NCBI GenBank assembly: GCA_963674595.2
Contig: CAXXFV010000016.1
Coordinates: 704,001 to 768,000 of the forward strand
Length of the DNA stretch: 64,000 nt
Source of the DNA: a bacterium
GTDB taxonomy: Bacteria > Zhuqueibacterota > Zhuqueibacteria > Residuimicrobiales > Krinioviventaceae
Reading direction: 5' to 3'
Part shown: positions 41,413-51,538 of the stretch, piece after piece
Layout of the letters: every line of letters starts with the position of its first letter
How positions within the stretch are numbered: the stretch's first letter is position 1
Program-made: the position numbers and the translations under genes
The notes under the pieces: model-generated
Database searches by the model: none
Seen by the model: the letters and a program-made list of their open reading frames with translations, nothing else
Told to the model about the DNA's origin: nothing

Positions 41413-42702
41413 CTTTAATATCATTTTCAATTTTTTCTATTGACTTAGTATAGTCAATGCTTACATGATCATGACTATAGAATTCTAACGAACTTTTTAC
41501 TTCACCTAAAAATATTAGTTGTTGTTTTCTATTTGTGTCTACCACCTTTTCATCAACTGAAATGTTTTGAATATTTGCATCTATTCGTTGAAGTTTATCT
41601 TTTATCTCTTTAATTTTTCCTGTTAAATCTATGATCGCAGGTGATTCTTTTTGAGCAATAAAATTTTTTATTGCTTGATACTCTATGGCAATTGAGTTTA
41701 TGATTGTATCAGTTTTACTGATGTTAATAACATCAGTAAAATTTTCTTGTAAATATAAAATAGGTTTTAAACTGTCGGTATCATTTTTGAGTAAATTTTT
41801 ATATTTTTTGTATTGTGTAATATATTTTTCATATTTTGAAAGTTTAATCTGGAGTCTTAATTTTTCTTGTTCATAATTTTCAAGTTCTAATTGGTTGTCC
41901 AAAATTGGTATCTTCGATATATCTTGAAGTTGTTGTTTTAACTCGACGATACACTCTTCGTTGGACATTTTTAAACTTACTATGTTTAACGATTTTGCTT
42001 TTTGACATAATTTATCAATTTCTTCTTCAAAAGTATTGAACTTTTTACTGAGATGCTCTTCTTGTCTTATAAGCTTTGCTAATTCTTTCTCTTTCTCTAC
42101 AACCATCTCGTGCTTTATTAAATTATCAATTGTTGTTACTCCCAATGCTATATCAAAAATTCTTGCCAAAGCCTCTTGATATCGAATGTATTTTTCGCCA
42201 GATTGTTTGTCAAATAGAACTTCATCACTTGATAATACATTTCTTCTTTGAGTGTTGAATAACAAAAAATATCTTGGAGATATTTTTGTACCTTTTGTAA
42301 TTTTATTGCCACCATACGGAAATACTACGTTATCAGTTATCTGGAATTCCAAATTTATAATATTCCTAATTTTATCTTCAGGGAAATTGGGAAAGGGGGC
42401 CTCAGGGATCTCTCCAGAAGATGAAAAATAATAATCGTTTATGCTTTTACTGTGTCTTACAATTGTTAAATGCTTATCATTGATAATAAAGTTTATACCA
42501 AACCATGCAATTTGATCAATGTACTCGTCCCCTTGAACTATTGGGCTCGAACTCGCAAAGAAGCAAAAGTCTATTATCTCAATAATAGTAGACTTTCCTG
42601 TTGATTGCTCTCCAGTTATTATATTAACTTTATTATTAAAAAATACAAGTTCTCTAAATGATCCATTATTTAACCATATTCCTATTTTTTTTAAGTAAAA
42701 TT

Positions 42703-43161
42703 TCATAATTCAATCCTAAGTTTGAAATATAATTCTCCTGAATTTTCTTGTAACATATTAGATACTATTTTAGACGCTTGTACAATTTTTTGTGCTCTCT
42801 TTCCTAACTTATTATTATTAAAATCAAACTTTTCTAGTTTATCTTTTACAATTATAATCTTATTTTGCTTAGTTTTAATAAAACCTAATTTTTCAGCAAA
42901 CAAAATTGTGTTAAGAGATAGTGGTAAAAAGGCAATAAATCTATTATTAAAATTTAAAAAGCATTCAATTTTTGATAATATCAGATCTTCGATACCTCTT
43001 ATTTTTACCCGCTCATCTTTCATATAATTTGTTAATGGTTTGTGGAGTAATAATGGTTGAATCAACATTGCTTTAGCGTAGTTGATTTCCTCATACTCTC
43101 TTATAGTAGATAAAAATGCAACAAGGGAAATACCAATATTGTTATATATTTCAATCTTCAT
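42703..43161 (-). CDS. lmuC: Three-component ABC system middle component (LmuC/DdmB-like)
   Basis: 152-aa protein (IYNN...LIQPLLLH...) translationally coupled between the effector and the DUF3732 ATPase. Confidence 0.72.
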   Translation of the reverse strand: MKIEIYNNIGISLVAFLSTIREYEEINYAKAMLIQPLLLHKPLTNYMKDERVKIRGIEDLILSKIECFLNFNNRFIAFLPLSLNTILFAEKLGFIKTKQNKIIIVKDKLEKFDFNNNKLGKRAQKIVQASKIVSNMLQENSGELYFKLRIEL

Positions 43162-44362
43162 AGTTATATTCTTGCTTCCATGTATATTTCCACCCAATTT
43201 TGGGTATATCTGATATTTTTATGAATTGTCCATTTGATATAGCTCTATATTCAATTGTATGACCTGATAAATTCAAATCAATTTTTTTGATATTTATAAA
43301 TACTTTTTTAGCGTTTTTATTATTGTATTCTTCCTCCCAATATGCTTCTTCAAATAATGGTCTCCATTTGTCTATGGTATTTTTATCTAGTTGTTCTATA
43401 TCTTTTTGAGATATTTCTCCGTTTTGTTTTAACTCAATTAAATTATTTACAGCCAAATTTCTATTATAGTCATACTCATAAATTTCTTCATCTGTATATC
43501 CAATATCATTTAATTGTTTGGCAAAAATTCTATTTTTAATTCTAACATCTTTTGTATAGTTATCTAGCTTATCAAAAAATGGTAGTCGATCACTATTTGC
43601 ATTTTGAAAGATTTTTATTGTTTTAAAATAGAAATCATCTCCACTATATTTTACTGACTCCTTATTTGCTACTTTATTATAAAAATCGATTTTAAGTTCT
43701 CCTATGAGCTCTTTTAATGTGTTATCAATTCGATTTTCTTTGATAGACTTTCTGAATTTGAGTGCTTCTTTTATTTCGCCGCTAATATCATCGAGGTCCA
43801 ATTGAAAAGAAATGTTCTTAAAAAATATTTCTAGTAGATTATCATTTAACAACAATACGTTTTTTAGATAATCTATTTTTTTGTCTTGTTTTTCCGTTTT
43901 GTCTGTTTTTTTCTTTTCTTGATGAACCTTTTCCAATTCATCTAAATAATTAGTTAAAAATGTTTTTAAATCAGCAAAATGGCCCTTTATTTTGAAGTTT
44001 TTAAAAGAATTTAAAAAACTATTGTTTTCATTGTCTGACTTATTTGAAATAAATATAAATTTAGTATTTTGAAGATATTTTGACTTATCATTTTCTCTTT
44101 GTATTTTATCTATCCATAATGATAATGTTTTCCATAAATCCTTATCTGATGTGCTAAGATTAATTGGTTTGTTATCTTTGTTTGTTTGAATTGTATGTTT
44201 GAGTTGGTATAAAATTAATTTTTCACCGTTTTCTGTATGAACATCTTCATTTACTTCGAAACCAGCAATTTCATTTTTTTCTAATTTTAATAATTTTAAT
44301 AGGAAATATAGAAATTGATATTCATATCCTAAAAGTTTATCATCTGCCTTGGTGTCAGTCAT
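43151..44362 (-). CDS. lmuA: Lamassu effector: Cap4-like PD-(D/E)xK endonuclease with an ABC-3C C-terminal domain (LmuA/DdmA-like)
   Basis: LLGYEYQ...FEVNEDV...YQLKH nuclease motif, DLWKTLSLW, and C-terminal SNGQFIKISDIPKIGW. First gene of an overlapping AT-rich three-gene operon. Confidence 0.78.
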   Translation of the reverse strand: MTDTKADDKLLGYEYQFLYFLLKLLKLEKNEIAGFEVNEDVHTENGEKLILYQLKHTIQTNKDNKPINLSTSDKDLWKTLSLWIDKIQRENDKSKYLQNTKFIFISNKSDNENNSFLNSFKNFKIKGHFADLKTFLTNYLDELEKVHQEKKKTDKTEKQDKKIDYLKNVLLLNDNLLEIFFKNISFQLDLDDISGEIKEALKFRKSIKENRIDNTLKELIGELKIDFYNKVANKESVKYSGDDFYFKTIKIFQNANSDRLPFFDKLDNYTKDVRIKNRIFAKQLNDIGYTDEEIYEYDYNRNLAVNNLIELKQNGEISQKDIEQLDKNTIDKWRPLFEEAYWEEEYNNKNAKKVFINIKKIDLNLSGHTIEYRAISNGQFIKISDIPKIGWKYTWKQEYNYED

Positions 44363-44641
44363 CTACAAACCTTTTCGAAAAATTATATTTGGTAATTTAA
44401 GATAATCAGATTGATAATTAAATTTTTCATTAAATATTATTCTGAGTTACTATAACATAGTTTTAGGAATGAACTTTGATCCAATATTTTAATCAATTCT
44501 ATTCGTTTTGAAATTATATCATAAGGATTTATATAATATTCACATTTTGGAACAAGATAACAGGTATGCATATTTTCCCCCAAACCCAATAATTTTGTCA
44601 GCGGGTCAACAGGAATATGATTTTAATTCCGACGCAATCTT

Positions 44642-44801
44642 TCCTCGTATGTGCTGTGAGACCCGTTTTTATGATGGAGACCAGTAAAGGACTTTTCAGG
44701 AACGCCCGTGATTTTCCAATTGTCCTGAAAAAAGTGTCCTTGTACCAACAAAAGAATTGTACAAATTATTTAAAAACAACGCAAGAGGTTTTTGCAAGAA
44801 T
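44642..44801 (-). repeat. Direct repeat copy 1 (sigma70-like promoter plus hairpin)
   Basis: Shares a 28-bp exact match (44758-44785 = 49277-49304) and the blocks gtatgtgctg, gagaccagtaaagg and tttcagga..tcctgaaa with 49165-49320. Confidence 0.85.
44756..44784 (-). promoter_or_regulatory. Putative sigma70 promoter TTGCGT-N17-TACAAT
   Basis: Minus strand reads TTGCGTtgtttttaaataatttgTACAAT; the second copy has TACACT at -10. Confidence 0.55.
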
Positions 44802-44835
44802 TGTTAAAATCCGCCCGCTTGTTTCGATCCGGGCG

Positions 44836-44900
44836 TGCGAAAATAGATATTTGTGTTATTGCTGATTCTATAAAATTATTTTTAGGGTAGAGAACCCTGT
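44836..44900 (-). repeat. Partial copy of the dispersed intergenic repeat
   Basis: aaaatagatatttgtgttattgctgatt followed by aaaattatttttagggtagagaaccctgt. Confidence 0.7.
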
Positions 44901-45009
44901 CCATTTCTCCCCGGGAAAAATCCCAGGGAGAGCAATTTATTATCCTTGTCATCGCCGATAAACCCGGTTCTCAAAAAAGCAGACAGGTATATAACATATA
45001 TCTAAAACT

Positions 45010-46680
45010 CTAATTCAAAATTGAATATTTAATAAACATAAATAAATACACAAAAAGAAAAACACTTAACAAAATTATAGTCCATAAACCCAGACTTTTG
45101 TAAAAAGGGATGCTCTCCCGCTCATTTGCCGGTAAACGAGAGTATTTGCGGTTCCATATAATTCCGCCACCAGTTTTTTCCGGTTTAGGTGGTGACGTTA
45201 AATAACTTGCCACAATCATATACAGCAAACTTGCTGCCCAGCTTATAAATGCGCGATTTAAAAAACTGTTCAGCCAGAGAATGATATTATAATATGAAGC
45301 ATCCGTATAACCGCGCAAAACATAACATATAATCTTGAGCAATACACTAAACACAATCCCAAAAATAAGCGTCCCCGTGGCTGCATTGGCTGTTGCCCGT
45401 TTCCACAGAATACCGACTGTAAAAATAACAATAATGGGAGCAGCGATATAGGAACTCATATCCTGGATATAAATAAAAAGACCACGGCCGAATTTTACGA
45501 TATTCGGCGCCCAAATCGTTGCGAGTATAATAAAAGTCGTTGTTGTCCACCGTCCGAATTTGACCAGATCGTTTTCATCGGCATTTTTGTTGATAAATCT
45601 TTTATAGATATCTAATGAAAACATGGTAGACGATGAGTTAAGTACGCTCGAAATCGTGGACATAACAGCAGATGCCATGGCCGCTAATAATAGTCCCTGC
45701 AATCCGACCGGAAATAAATCTTTAATCAACGTCAGATAAACGCTATCTCGTTCAAGACCGCCACCGTATATTGCAAAAGCTAAAATTCCGGGGATTACTA
45801 CAAAAAACGGAAGCGCGATTTTTATAAATCCCGCAAAGATTACTCCCATCCGGGCATCCCATTCGCTTCTGGCTGCCAGGCATCTCTGGACGTAATATTG
45901 CTTGGTAGCAACCGCCCAGAGACACACCGTAAACCAAAAAGAGAAAATCCCTGTCCACGGTGCAAAATCGTGTGTTGCCGGCTGCAAGAGACTCATCCGC
46001 TCCGGTGAAGCAGCAATATTCGCATTAATTGCTGTTAAAAGTCCGCCGGCTTTATCTCTTGCGAGAAATAAGATCATACCCGCTCCGATAAACATCACAA
46101 TTACCTGGATCACGTCGGTCCAAATTACTGAAAGCAAACCACCATATATACAGTATGCGCCGGTAGAAACAGCAATTATTATTATACCGGTAACAAGACC
46201 ATATTCAGGGTGTGTATTGAATAACTCTATATTTTGAAGAAATAAATCATTTATGATTTTTCCGCCCGCGTATAATGCACCAGCCAGTACAACGAAAACA
46301 CCCTGCGTGATTAACATAGAAGATAAAATTATCCGTGTACGGTGGTCAAAACGGCGTTCCAAAAATTCCGGTATTGTGTAGAGTTTTGACCGGTAATAAT
46401 AAGGCAGGAACAACCATACCAGGATGACGAATGAAACGACTGTCAGCCATTCCCAGTTTGCCGGTAAAATACCGTAAAAGTAGGCGGCCCCAACCATACC
46501 GATAAAATGTTCAGTGGAAATATTGGAGCCGATATATGATAATCCTACCGCATACCACGGTACATCACGACCCGCCAGGAAATATTGTTCAATTGTATTC
46601 TTTTTATTTCTGGCAACAAGGATACCAACCAGAACAATAATGAAAAAGTATAGAAAGAAAACACTCAGGCTAATAGTCAT
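45010..46680 (-). CDS. Sodium:solute symporter (SSS/SLC5 family)
   Basis: Motifs YFLAGR, SNISTEHFIG, TIPEFLERRF, GGLLSVIWTD, QRCLAA and AVMST. Confidence 0.92.
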   Translation of the reverse strand: MTISLSVFFLYFFIIVLVGILVARNKKNTIEQYFLAGRDVPWYAVGLSYIGSNISTEHFIGMVGAAYFYGILPANWEWLTVVSFVILVWLFLPYYYRSKLYTIPEFLERRFDHRTRIILSSMLITQGVFVVLAGALYAGGKIINDLFLQNIELFNTHPEYGLVTGIIIIAVSTGAYCIYGGLLSVIWTDVIQVIVMFIGAGMILFLARDKAGGLLTAINANIAASPERMSLLQPATHDFAPWTGIFSFWFTVCLWAVATKQYYVQRCLAARSEWDARMGVIFAGFIKIALPFFVVIPGILAFAIYGGGLERDSVYLTLIKDLFPVGLQGLLLAAMASAVMSTISSVLNSSSTMFSLDIYKRFINKNADENDLVKFGRWTTTTFIILATIWAPNIVKFGRGLFIYIQDMSSYIAAPIIVIFTVGILWKRATANAATGTLIFGIVFSVLLKIICYVLRGYTDASYYNIILWLNSFLNRAFISWAASLLYMIVASYLTSPPKPEKTGGGIIWNRKYSRLPANERESIPFYKSLGLWTIILLSVFLFVYLFMFIKYSILN

Positions 46681-46729
46681 CTTGCAAATTCCTCATTATG
46701 CTAATTCACGCCGGTAAATTAATTTAATT

Positions 46730-47152
46730 CTATGAATTACTTTTTCCTTTTAAGGCCTGGTCTTTCAGATCAGGGAACCGATCGAACACCCATCCCGCCG
46801 GAGAGATAATCCACAGTGCTTCAAGCGGAGTTTTGTTTGGATTTTTTATAGAGTGATAGGTCCCGATGGGAAAAAATACCGCATCTTTTGGTGAGATGGG
46901 TATTTCTTTATGATCTTCATCTGCAATGACAATACCTTTTCCGTTAAGACAGAAAAATATTTCCTCCTGATCATCATGGTAGTGACCCGGTTCGGCTGTT
47001 CCGCCTGGTTCAATGACAACCATGCCAAACGTCAGGTGTTTTGATCCGACAGTCGTGGGATCAACCATTTTGAAATTTACACGTTGTGAAAGAACAATGG
47101 GTTCACAATCATTTGGATTAACTTTTATCGCTTTGTTTTTTCCTCGTTCCAT
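46730..47152 (-). CDS. Cupin domain protein
   Basis: Metal-binding motif HYHDDQEEIFFCLNGKG...FPIGTYHSIKN. Confidence 0.85.
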   Translation of the reverse strand: MERGKNKAIKVNPNDCEPIVLSQRVNFKMVDPTTVGSKHLTFGMVVIEPGGTAEPGHYHDDQEEIFFCLNGKGIVIADEDHKEIPISPKDAVFFPIGTYHSIKNPNKTPLEALWIISPAGWVFDRFPDLKDQALKGKSNS

Positions 47153-47213
47153 CTAGTACTCCTGTATTTGATAACCTGCCTGATATTTTCATTACATTTA
47201 GTTGTCGAATTTT

Positions 47214-47639
47214 TTAAAAGTCTGTGTTGTTTATTTCCGGGAATTCAACAAAACCTTCTCTGAAATTTTTATCTCCATAAAAGGTCAGCATGAGCAACGG
47301 AGTATCACCGACATTTTTTACCATATGTTTGCATCCTTCAGGGACGAGAATTGCTTCTCCTGCATTTACAGCATAGGTTTTGCCGTCACCCCACAGCTTT
47401 GCAGATCCTTTGAGGATGTACATGACTTCTTCCATATTTTCGTGCATATGGGCAGGTGTTGTGCATGCTCCAACATCAATTTCTACATCAATGATGGTAA
47501 GATCGTTCGAATTGTTTGTTTGTCCTGAAAATAAAATTCGGGCTACTCGTCCCGGTAATTCTAAAAGCTCTGCTGTATTTCGTGATTCTACTTGTGGCAA
47601 CCGCTGAGAATTATTTTCTTTTATGTTATTGCTATTCAT
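47214..47639 (-). CDS. Cupin domain protein
   Basis: Metal-binding motif HMHENMEEVMYILKG...VPEGCKHMVKN. Confidence 0.85.
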   Translation of the reverse strand: MNSNNIKENNSQRLPQVESRNTAELLELPGRVARILFSGQTNNSNDLTIIDVEIDVGACTTPAHMHENMEEVMYILKGSAKLWGDGKTYAVNAGEAILVPEGCKHMVKNVGDTPLLMLTFYGDKNFREGFVEFPEINNTDF

Positions 47640-47641
47640 TG

Positions 47642-48526
47642 TTATAATGTCTCCTTTAACTTTTCGAACTTTAATTGCAGACTTCTTAACTCATCGAATC
47701 CGATTAGTCTGTTAAAATCCTGGAACGAAATCATTTTATCAAACAGTGCTTTTGTGGTCCCTTTTTCCTTTAATTCCTGTAGCGCCATTTGAGCTGCAAA
47801 TGTAGCTGCGTACATTGCCGAATTGCAATAATATACAACATCAAATCCTATCTCTTCCAGCTCCGTAATCGATAGAAAGGGGTATCCTGAACCTTCAACC
47901 ATCACGGCAAGTGTCGGACCTTCTACTTCCTTTACCACACGATCCATGGACTCTCTATCATGAATATCTTCAATAAAAAGCAAGTCTGCCCCATGTTCGT
48001 AATATAAATTTGCACGGTCGATTGCATCGGAGAGGTCTTCTGCATCAGTCCGGGCAATAATTAACAGATCCGTTGTGCGGGCATCTGTTACCGCTTTTAA
48101 CCGCATAACCATGTCTTTTGGTTTTACGACTTCACGTCCGGCTGTTAGTCCTGCCCGTTTTGGGAAAAACTGATCTTCGATTTGAATTCCCGATGCTCCG
48201 GCCAATTCCATCCCTTTGATCACTCTGCGAATATTCAAGAGCGCCCCGCCGCCGGTATCAATATCGGCAACAATAGGTATATCCACCACGGCCCGCATTC
48301 GACGAACAGTATCAAGCATTTCGGTCGGAGTAATCATCTCCATATCAGGTAATCCCAGTTGGGTAGCGGATACCGCATATCCCCCGGCTAAAATAGCAGG
48401 AAAACCACAATCTGCCGCAATACGGGCAGTTAACGGATCGTATACTCCGGGAATGACGAGTATGGATGGATCTTTTACCAGTTCTACCAGGCTTTTTTTA
48501 CTTCCGGATTTTTGTTTTGGTGACAT
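47642..48526 (-). CDS. Isocitrate lyase/PEP mutase superfamily enzyme with an atypical gating loop
   Basis: PGVYDPLTA, LGLPD, ADIDTG, QIEDQ and IIARTDA; the loop reads KRAGL instead of KRCGH. Confidence 0.88.
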   Translation of the reverse strand: MSPKQKSGSKKSLVELVKDPSILVIPGVYDPLTARIAADCGFPAILAGGYAVSATQLGLPDMEMITPTEMLDTVRRMRAVVDIPIVADIDTGGGALLNIRRVIKGMELAGASGIQIEDQFFPKRAGLTAGREVVKPKDMVMRLKAVTDARTTDLLIIARTDAEDLSDAIDRANLYYEHGADLLFIEDIHDRESMDRVVKEVEGPTLAVMVEGSGYPFLSITELEEIGFDVVYYCNSAMYAATFAAQMALQELKEKGTTKALFDKMISFQDFNRLIGFDELRSLQLKFEKLKETL

Positions 48527-48659
48527 AATTCTAACTATCCTTTAATTATCATGTTAAATTTTTCCAGTTTATTATTAAACTATTGAAATTAAATCTCTTT
48601 GAATCAGATAGCAAATTGAGTCAGATATTGCCGGACGATTTTTTTGCAGCTTTGTTTGA

Positions 48660-49070
48660 TTAAAAAAAAGTCATGTTTATAAATCGCCCATTTTCTTTAA
48701 AATGTTTATTGTTCAATTTAATTATGTTTTTGATATATTTGGGTATTTTAGGGAGAGGGTTGGTATGGCGTGGTAAATCCCGCCGAATCTGTGTGTGCGG
48801 GTGAAATTTTAACGGCGACAAATGGTCTGTCTCATTTTCAATTATTTTCGCCTCTTTGCCCCGATTTTTTTCTGCGCAATAGGGTAGAATAAAAGCAAAT
48901 TCAACCTGCGCCAAGGTTTCGGATTTGTGACCCCTGTTATTTTTGTAACCTAAAATATTTCCATCGGTTAACGAAACTCTTGTGTTAAAACCGTATTCAA
49001 ACTTTTGAATGATACTTTTTACCAGTTTTTTCAGATCAATAAGCGTATCCCGGATGCGAATACTTTTCAT
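48660..49070 (-). CDS. Hypothetical ORF, possibly non-coding or a remnant
   Basis: 136-aa ORF downstream of the repeat-borne promoter, with no recognisable motif. Confidence 0.25.
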   Translation of the reverse strand: MKSIRIRDTLIDLKKLVKSIIQKFEYGFNTRVSLTDGNILGYKNNRGHKSETLAQVEFAFILPYCAEKNRGKEAKIIENETDHLSPLKFHPHTQIRRDLPRHTNPLPKIPKYIKNIIKLNNKHFKENGRFINMTFF

Positions 49071-49164
49071 GTTAAAAATTCTTCTTTCTCGATTTCAGTT
49101 CGGTTTTTACCTGTTACCTGCAAAAATTTTTTAAGTGAAACTATATGAAAATAATTTTCAACTG

Positions 49165-49320
49165 TCCTTGTATGTGCTGCTAAAAACCGTGTTTAAAATA
49201 GAGACCAGTAAAGGGCCTTTCAGGAACGTCGTGGTTACCTGATTTTCCTGAAAATTTTTTAACCGATAAAAACAAGTGTACAAATTATTTAAAAACAACG
49301 CAAGGGATTTATGAAAAATT
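49165..49320 (-). repeat. Direct repeat copy 2 (promoter plus hairpin)
   Basis: Homologous to 44642-44801, in the same orientation. Confidence 0.85.
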
Positions 49321-49451
49321 TATATATATAGAATTTCAATAATTATTCATCAAAATAGAACCGAATTAGCTTTTGTTTGCATTAATGTCAAGACTGTTTT
49401 ATATTTCAGAAGAATATAAAACACTAAAACAGATGAAACGGAGATAATAAT

Positions 49452-51503
49452 ATGAGATGTTCCTGGTTTCGGGACCATTACCGTCAGGTACACATGGATT
49501 TTCACATGCCTGAATTTCCCGGCGACGCCATAAAAAATTTTAACGCCAAAAAATTTGTCGATGAACTGGAATACGGCAAGGTCAACATGGTAGCCTTGTT
49601 TGCCAAATGTCATTTCGGTAATTCCTTTTATAATACACAAATCGGCCATAAACACAGCGGCCTTTTACAGGATTTTTTAATGGAAACCAGCACCGAGTGC
49701 CGCAAACGGGGCATTCGCACGCTGGGTTATTATTCCTTGTGCGTGGACAAACGGGCCTATGATGAAAATCCTGATTGGCGCTATGTGGACGATGAGGGCA
49801 AGGCCCATAGCGGTACGTTTGGTTCGGTTTGTATGAACACCCCTTACAAAGACGAACTGGCCATGCCCCAGCTTGAAGAGATCATCCGCAACTATCCGGT
49901 TGACGGTATTTTTATCGATATCCCTTTTCCCTGGGGCGCCGTGGATTATTTTTGTATGTGCAAGTTTTGCCAAAAACGCTGGAAAACCGAACTGAATCTG
50001 GAAATTTCCCCGTCTCTGTCCACGGTTGAACGGCAGCGATTGAACATGCGAATTGTTGAAAGCTGGCTGCTGGAAATACGCAACATTATTGACCGGGTTA
50101 ATCCGGAGATGGTGCTGTGTGTGAACCTTGTGGGCAGTGCGGCTGTAAATAAACGCATTAAAGAATTGTGTGAAATCGGTGTGTGCGAAAGTCAGCCGCA
50201 TCCCGGAGATTATTTGGGACACAGTTTCTCAAGCCGTTTGGGCCGTAATGATATTATGGATATGCAGGTTATGACCGTGCGTTTTTACGAAGGGTGGGGC
50301 GACATGTCCCTGAAACCGGAAGCCCAGTTGACCACGGAACTGGCCGCCATTATCGGCAACGGCATGGTGCCGAATGTCGGTGACCAGGTAAATATAGACG
50401 GCACGCTTCAGCATCCGGTGTATGAAACATTTAAAAATTCTTTTGATTTTGTTGAGCAGCGGGAAAAAATCCTCAAAGATGCGGAACCTGTTCGTCATAC
50501 CAGTGTTTTACTGCCGGTTCCTGACCCGGAACTGCCGTTTATCGCCGGGCCGGGATCACTCGATAAAAATTTAAACTGGAAAGAAATTGCGCCGCAATGG
50601 CGCGGTGTGCATAAAATGCTGGTGGAAAGTCATATTCAAACGGATTTGTTATACAGCGTTTTGGAAGATGATTTGTCAAAATATCCCATGCTTATCCTGC
50701 CCGAACCCGGAACCTACCAACCCGGCATGTTTCAGGCATTACGGGAGTATGTGGCGCAGGGCGGATTACTTTTAGCTGTGGGAAATTCAATTCTGGAAAA
50801 CGGCGTCTGTCCTTTGGAGGACGTGTTCGGCATCAACTACGTTGAACCGTTGACTTTTTCCATGGGGCATTTTAAACCGGCAAAAACCGTTAAAGGTGAC
50901 ACCCCGGATATTCCGTTGCAGGTGCGGGGACAGATTTTTAAGGTCATTGGAAACGGCGCTGAGGAACTGGCATCCTTGTATTACCCGGTCGGTGAAACCC
51001 AGCCGCCGGTCAAAGGGTTCCGGCACCCGTGTCCCCCTGCTTTATCGCAGCCCAGTCCTTTTCCTTTTACGACAATCAATAAATACGGCAAAGGGAGGGC
51101 CGTTTATGTGGCTGCCTCGATTTTTGAGGTTTACTGGCGGACCAATCATCACTGGCTGCGTCAGTTTATGGAAACATTGATTCGTTATGTTGATAAAAAT
51201 CAGCCCTGTCACATTCAGGCATCCGGCCGGATTGAGGCCAATTTGATGAAATCCGGGAAGGATTTGCTGCTTAACTTGATCCACTATAATCTTGGTCACC
51301 AGGGCGGACAGTCTGCCATTGCCGGTATTGAATATGTGGAGCCGGTTTACAATATTCCCTGTCAGGTAACATGCGAAAAGGTTTCGGGGGTTGTGCTGGA
51401 GCCGGAGGGAGAGTTGCTTGATTTTAGTTTTGAAAACGGAATATGTAGTTTTACAGTCCCCAAAACCGAGTATCTCAGTATTGTTCGGATAAAGACGAGT
51501 TAA
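49452..51503 (+). CDS. GH151-like alpha-L-fucosidase with a beta-galactosidase trimerisation domain
   Basis: Motifs YRQVHMDFH, FAKCHFG, CMNTPY, VDGIFID and MTVRFYEGWGD. Confidence 0.75.
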   Translation: MRCSWFRDHYRQVHMDFHMPEFPGDAIKNFNAKKFVDELEYGKVNMVALFAKCHFGNSFYNTQIGHKHSGLLQDFLMETSTECRKRGIRTLGYYSLCVDKRAYDENPDWRYVDDEGKAHSGTFGSVCMNTPYKDELAMPQLEEIIRNYPVDGIFIDIPFPWGAVDYFCMCKFCQKRWKTELNLEISPSLSTVERQRLNMRIVESWLLEIRNIIDRVNPEMVLCVNLVGSAAVNKRIKELCEIGVCESQPHPGDYLGHSFSSRLGRNDIMDMQVMTVRFYEGWGDMSLKPEAQLTTELAAIIGNGMVPNVGDQVNIDGTLQHPVYETFKNSFDFVEQREKILKDAEPVRHTSVLLPVPDPELPFIAGPGSLDKNLNWKEIAPQWRGVHKMLVESHIQTDLLYSVLEDDLSKYPMLILPEPGTYQPGMFQALREYVAQGGLLLAVGNSILENGVCPLEDVFGINYVEPLTFSMGHFKPAKTVKGDTPDIPLQVRGQIFKVIGNGAEELASLYYPVGETQPPVKGFRHPCPPALSQPSPFPFTTINKYGKGRAVYVAASIFEVYWRTNHHWLRQFMETLIRYVDKNQPCHIQASGRIEANLMKSGKDLLLNLIHYNLGHQGGQSAIAGIEYVEPVYNIPCQVTCEKVSGVVLEPEGELLDFSFENGICSFTVPKTEYLSIVRIKTS

Positions 51504-51507
51504 AAAC

Positions 51508-51536
51508 AAAAAAGGGAACCATTAAGGTTCCCTTTT
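51508..51536. terminator. Bidirectional intrinsic terminator
   Basis: aaaaaagggaacc-attaa-ggttccctttt between convergent genes. Confidence 0.85.
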
Positions 51537-51538
51537 AT

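Larger units (their letters stand above)
39864..42706 (-). pseudogene. lmuB: Lamassu/ABC-three-component SMC-like ATPase (DUF3732, LmuB/DdmC-like), disrupted by an IS481 insertion and an internal TAA
   Basis: The N-terminal fragment has Walker A GEQSTGKST and coiled coil. Removing the IS rejoins the frame (..NDIK-ALKKEITEVD..) to the signature IGSSSN, Walker B FLILDQP, a premature TAA at 40074-40076, and then in-frame FQIIVLEH to the stop at 39864. Confidence 0.88.
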
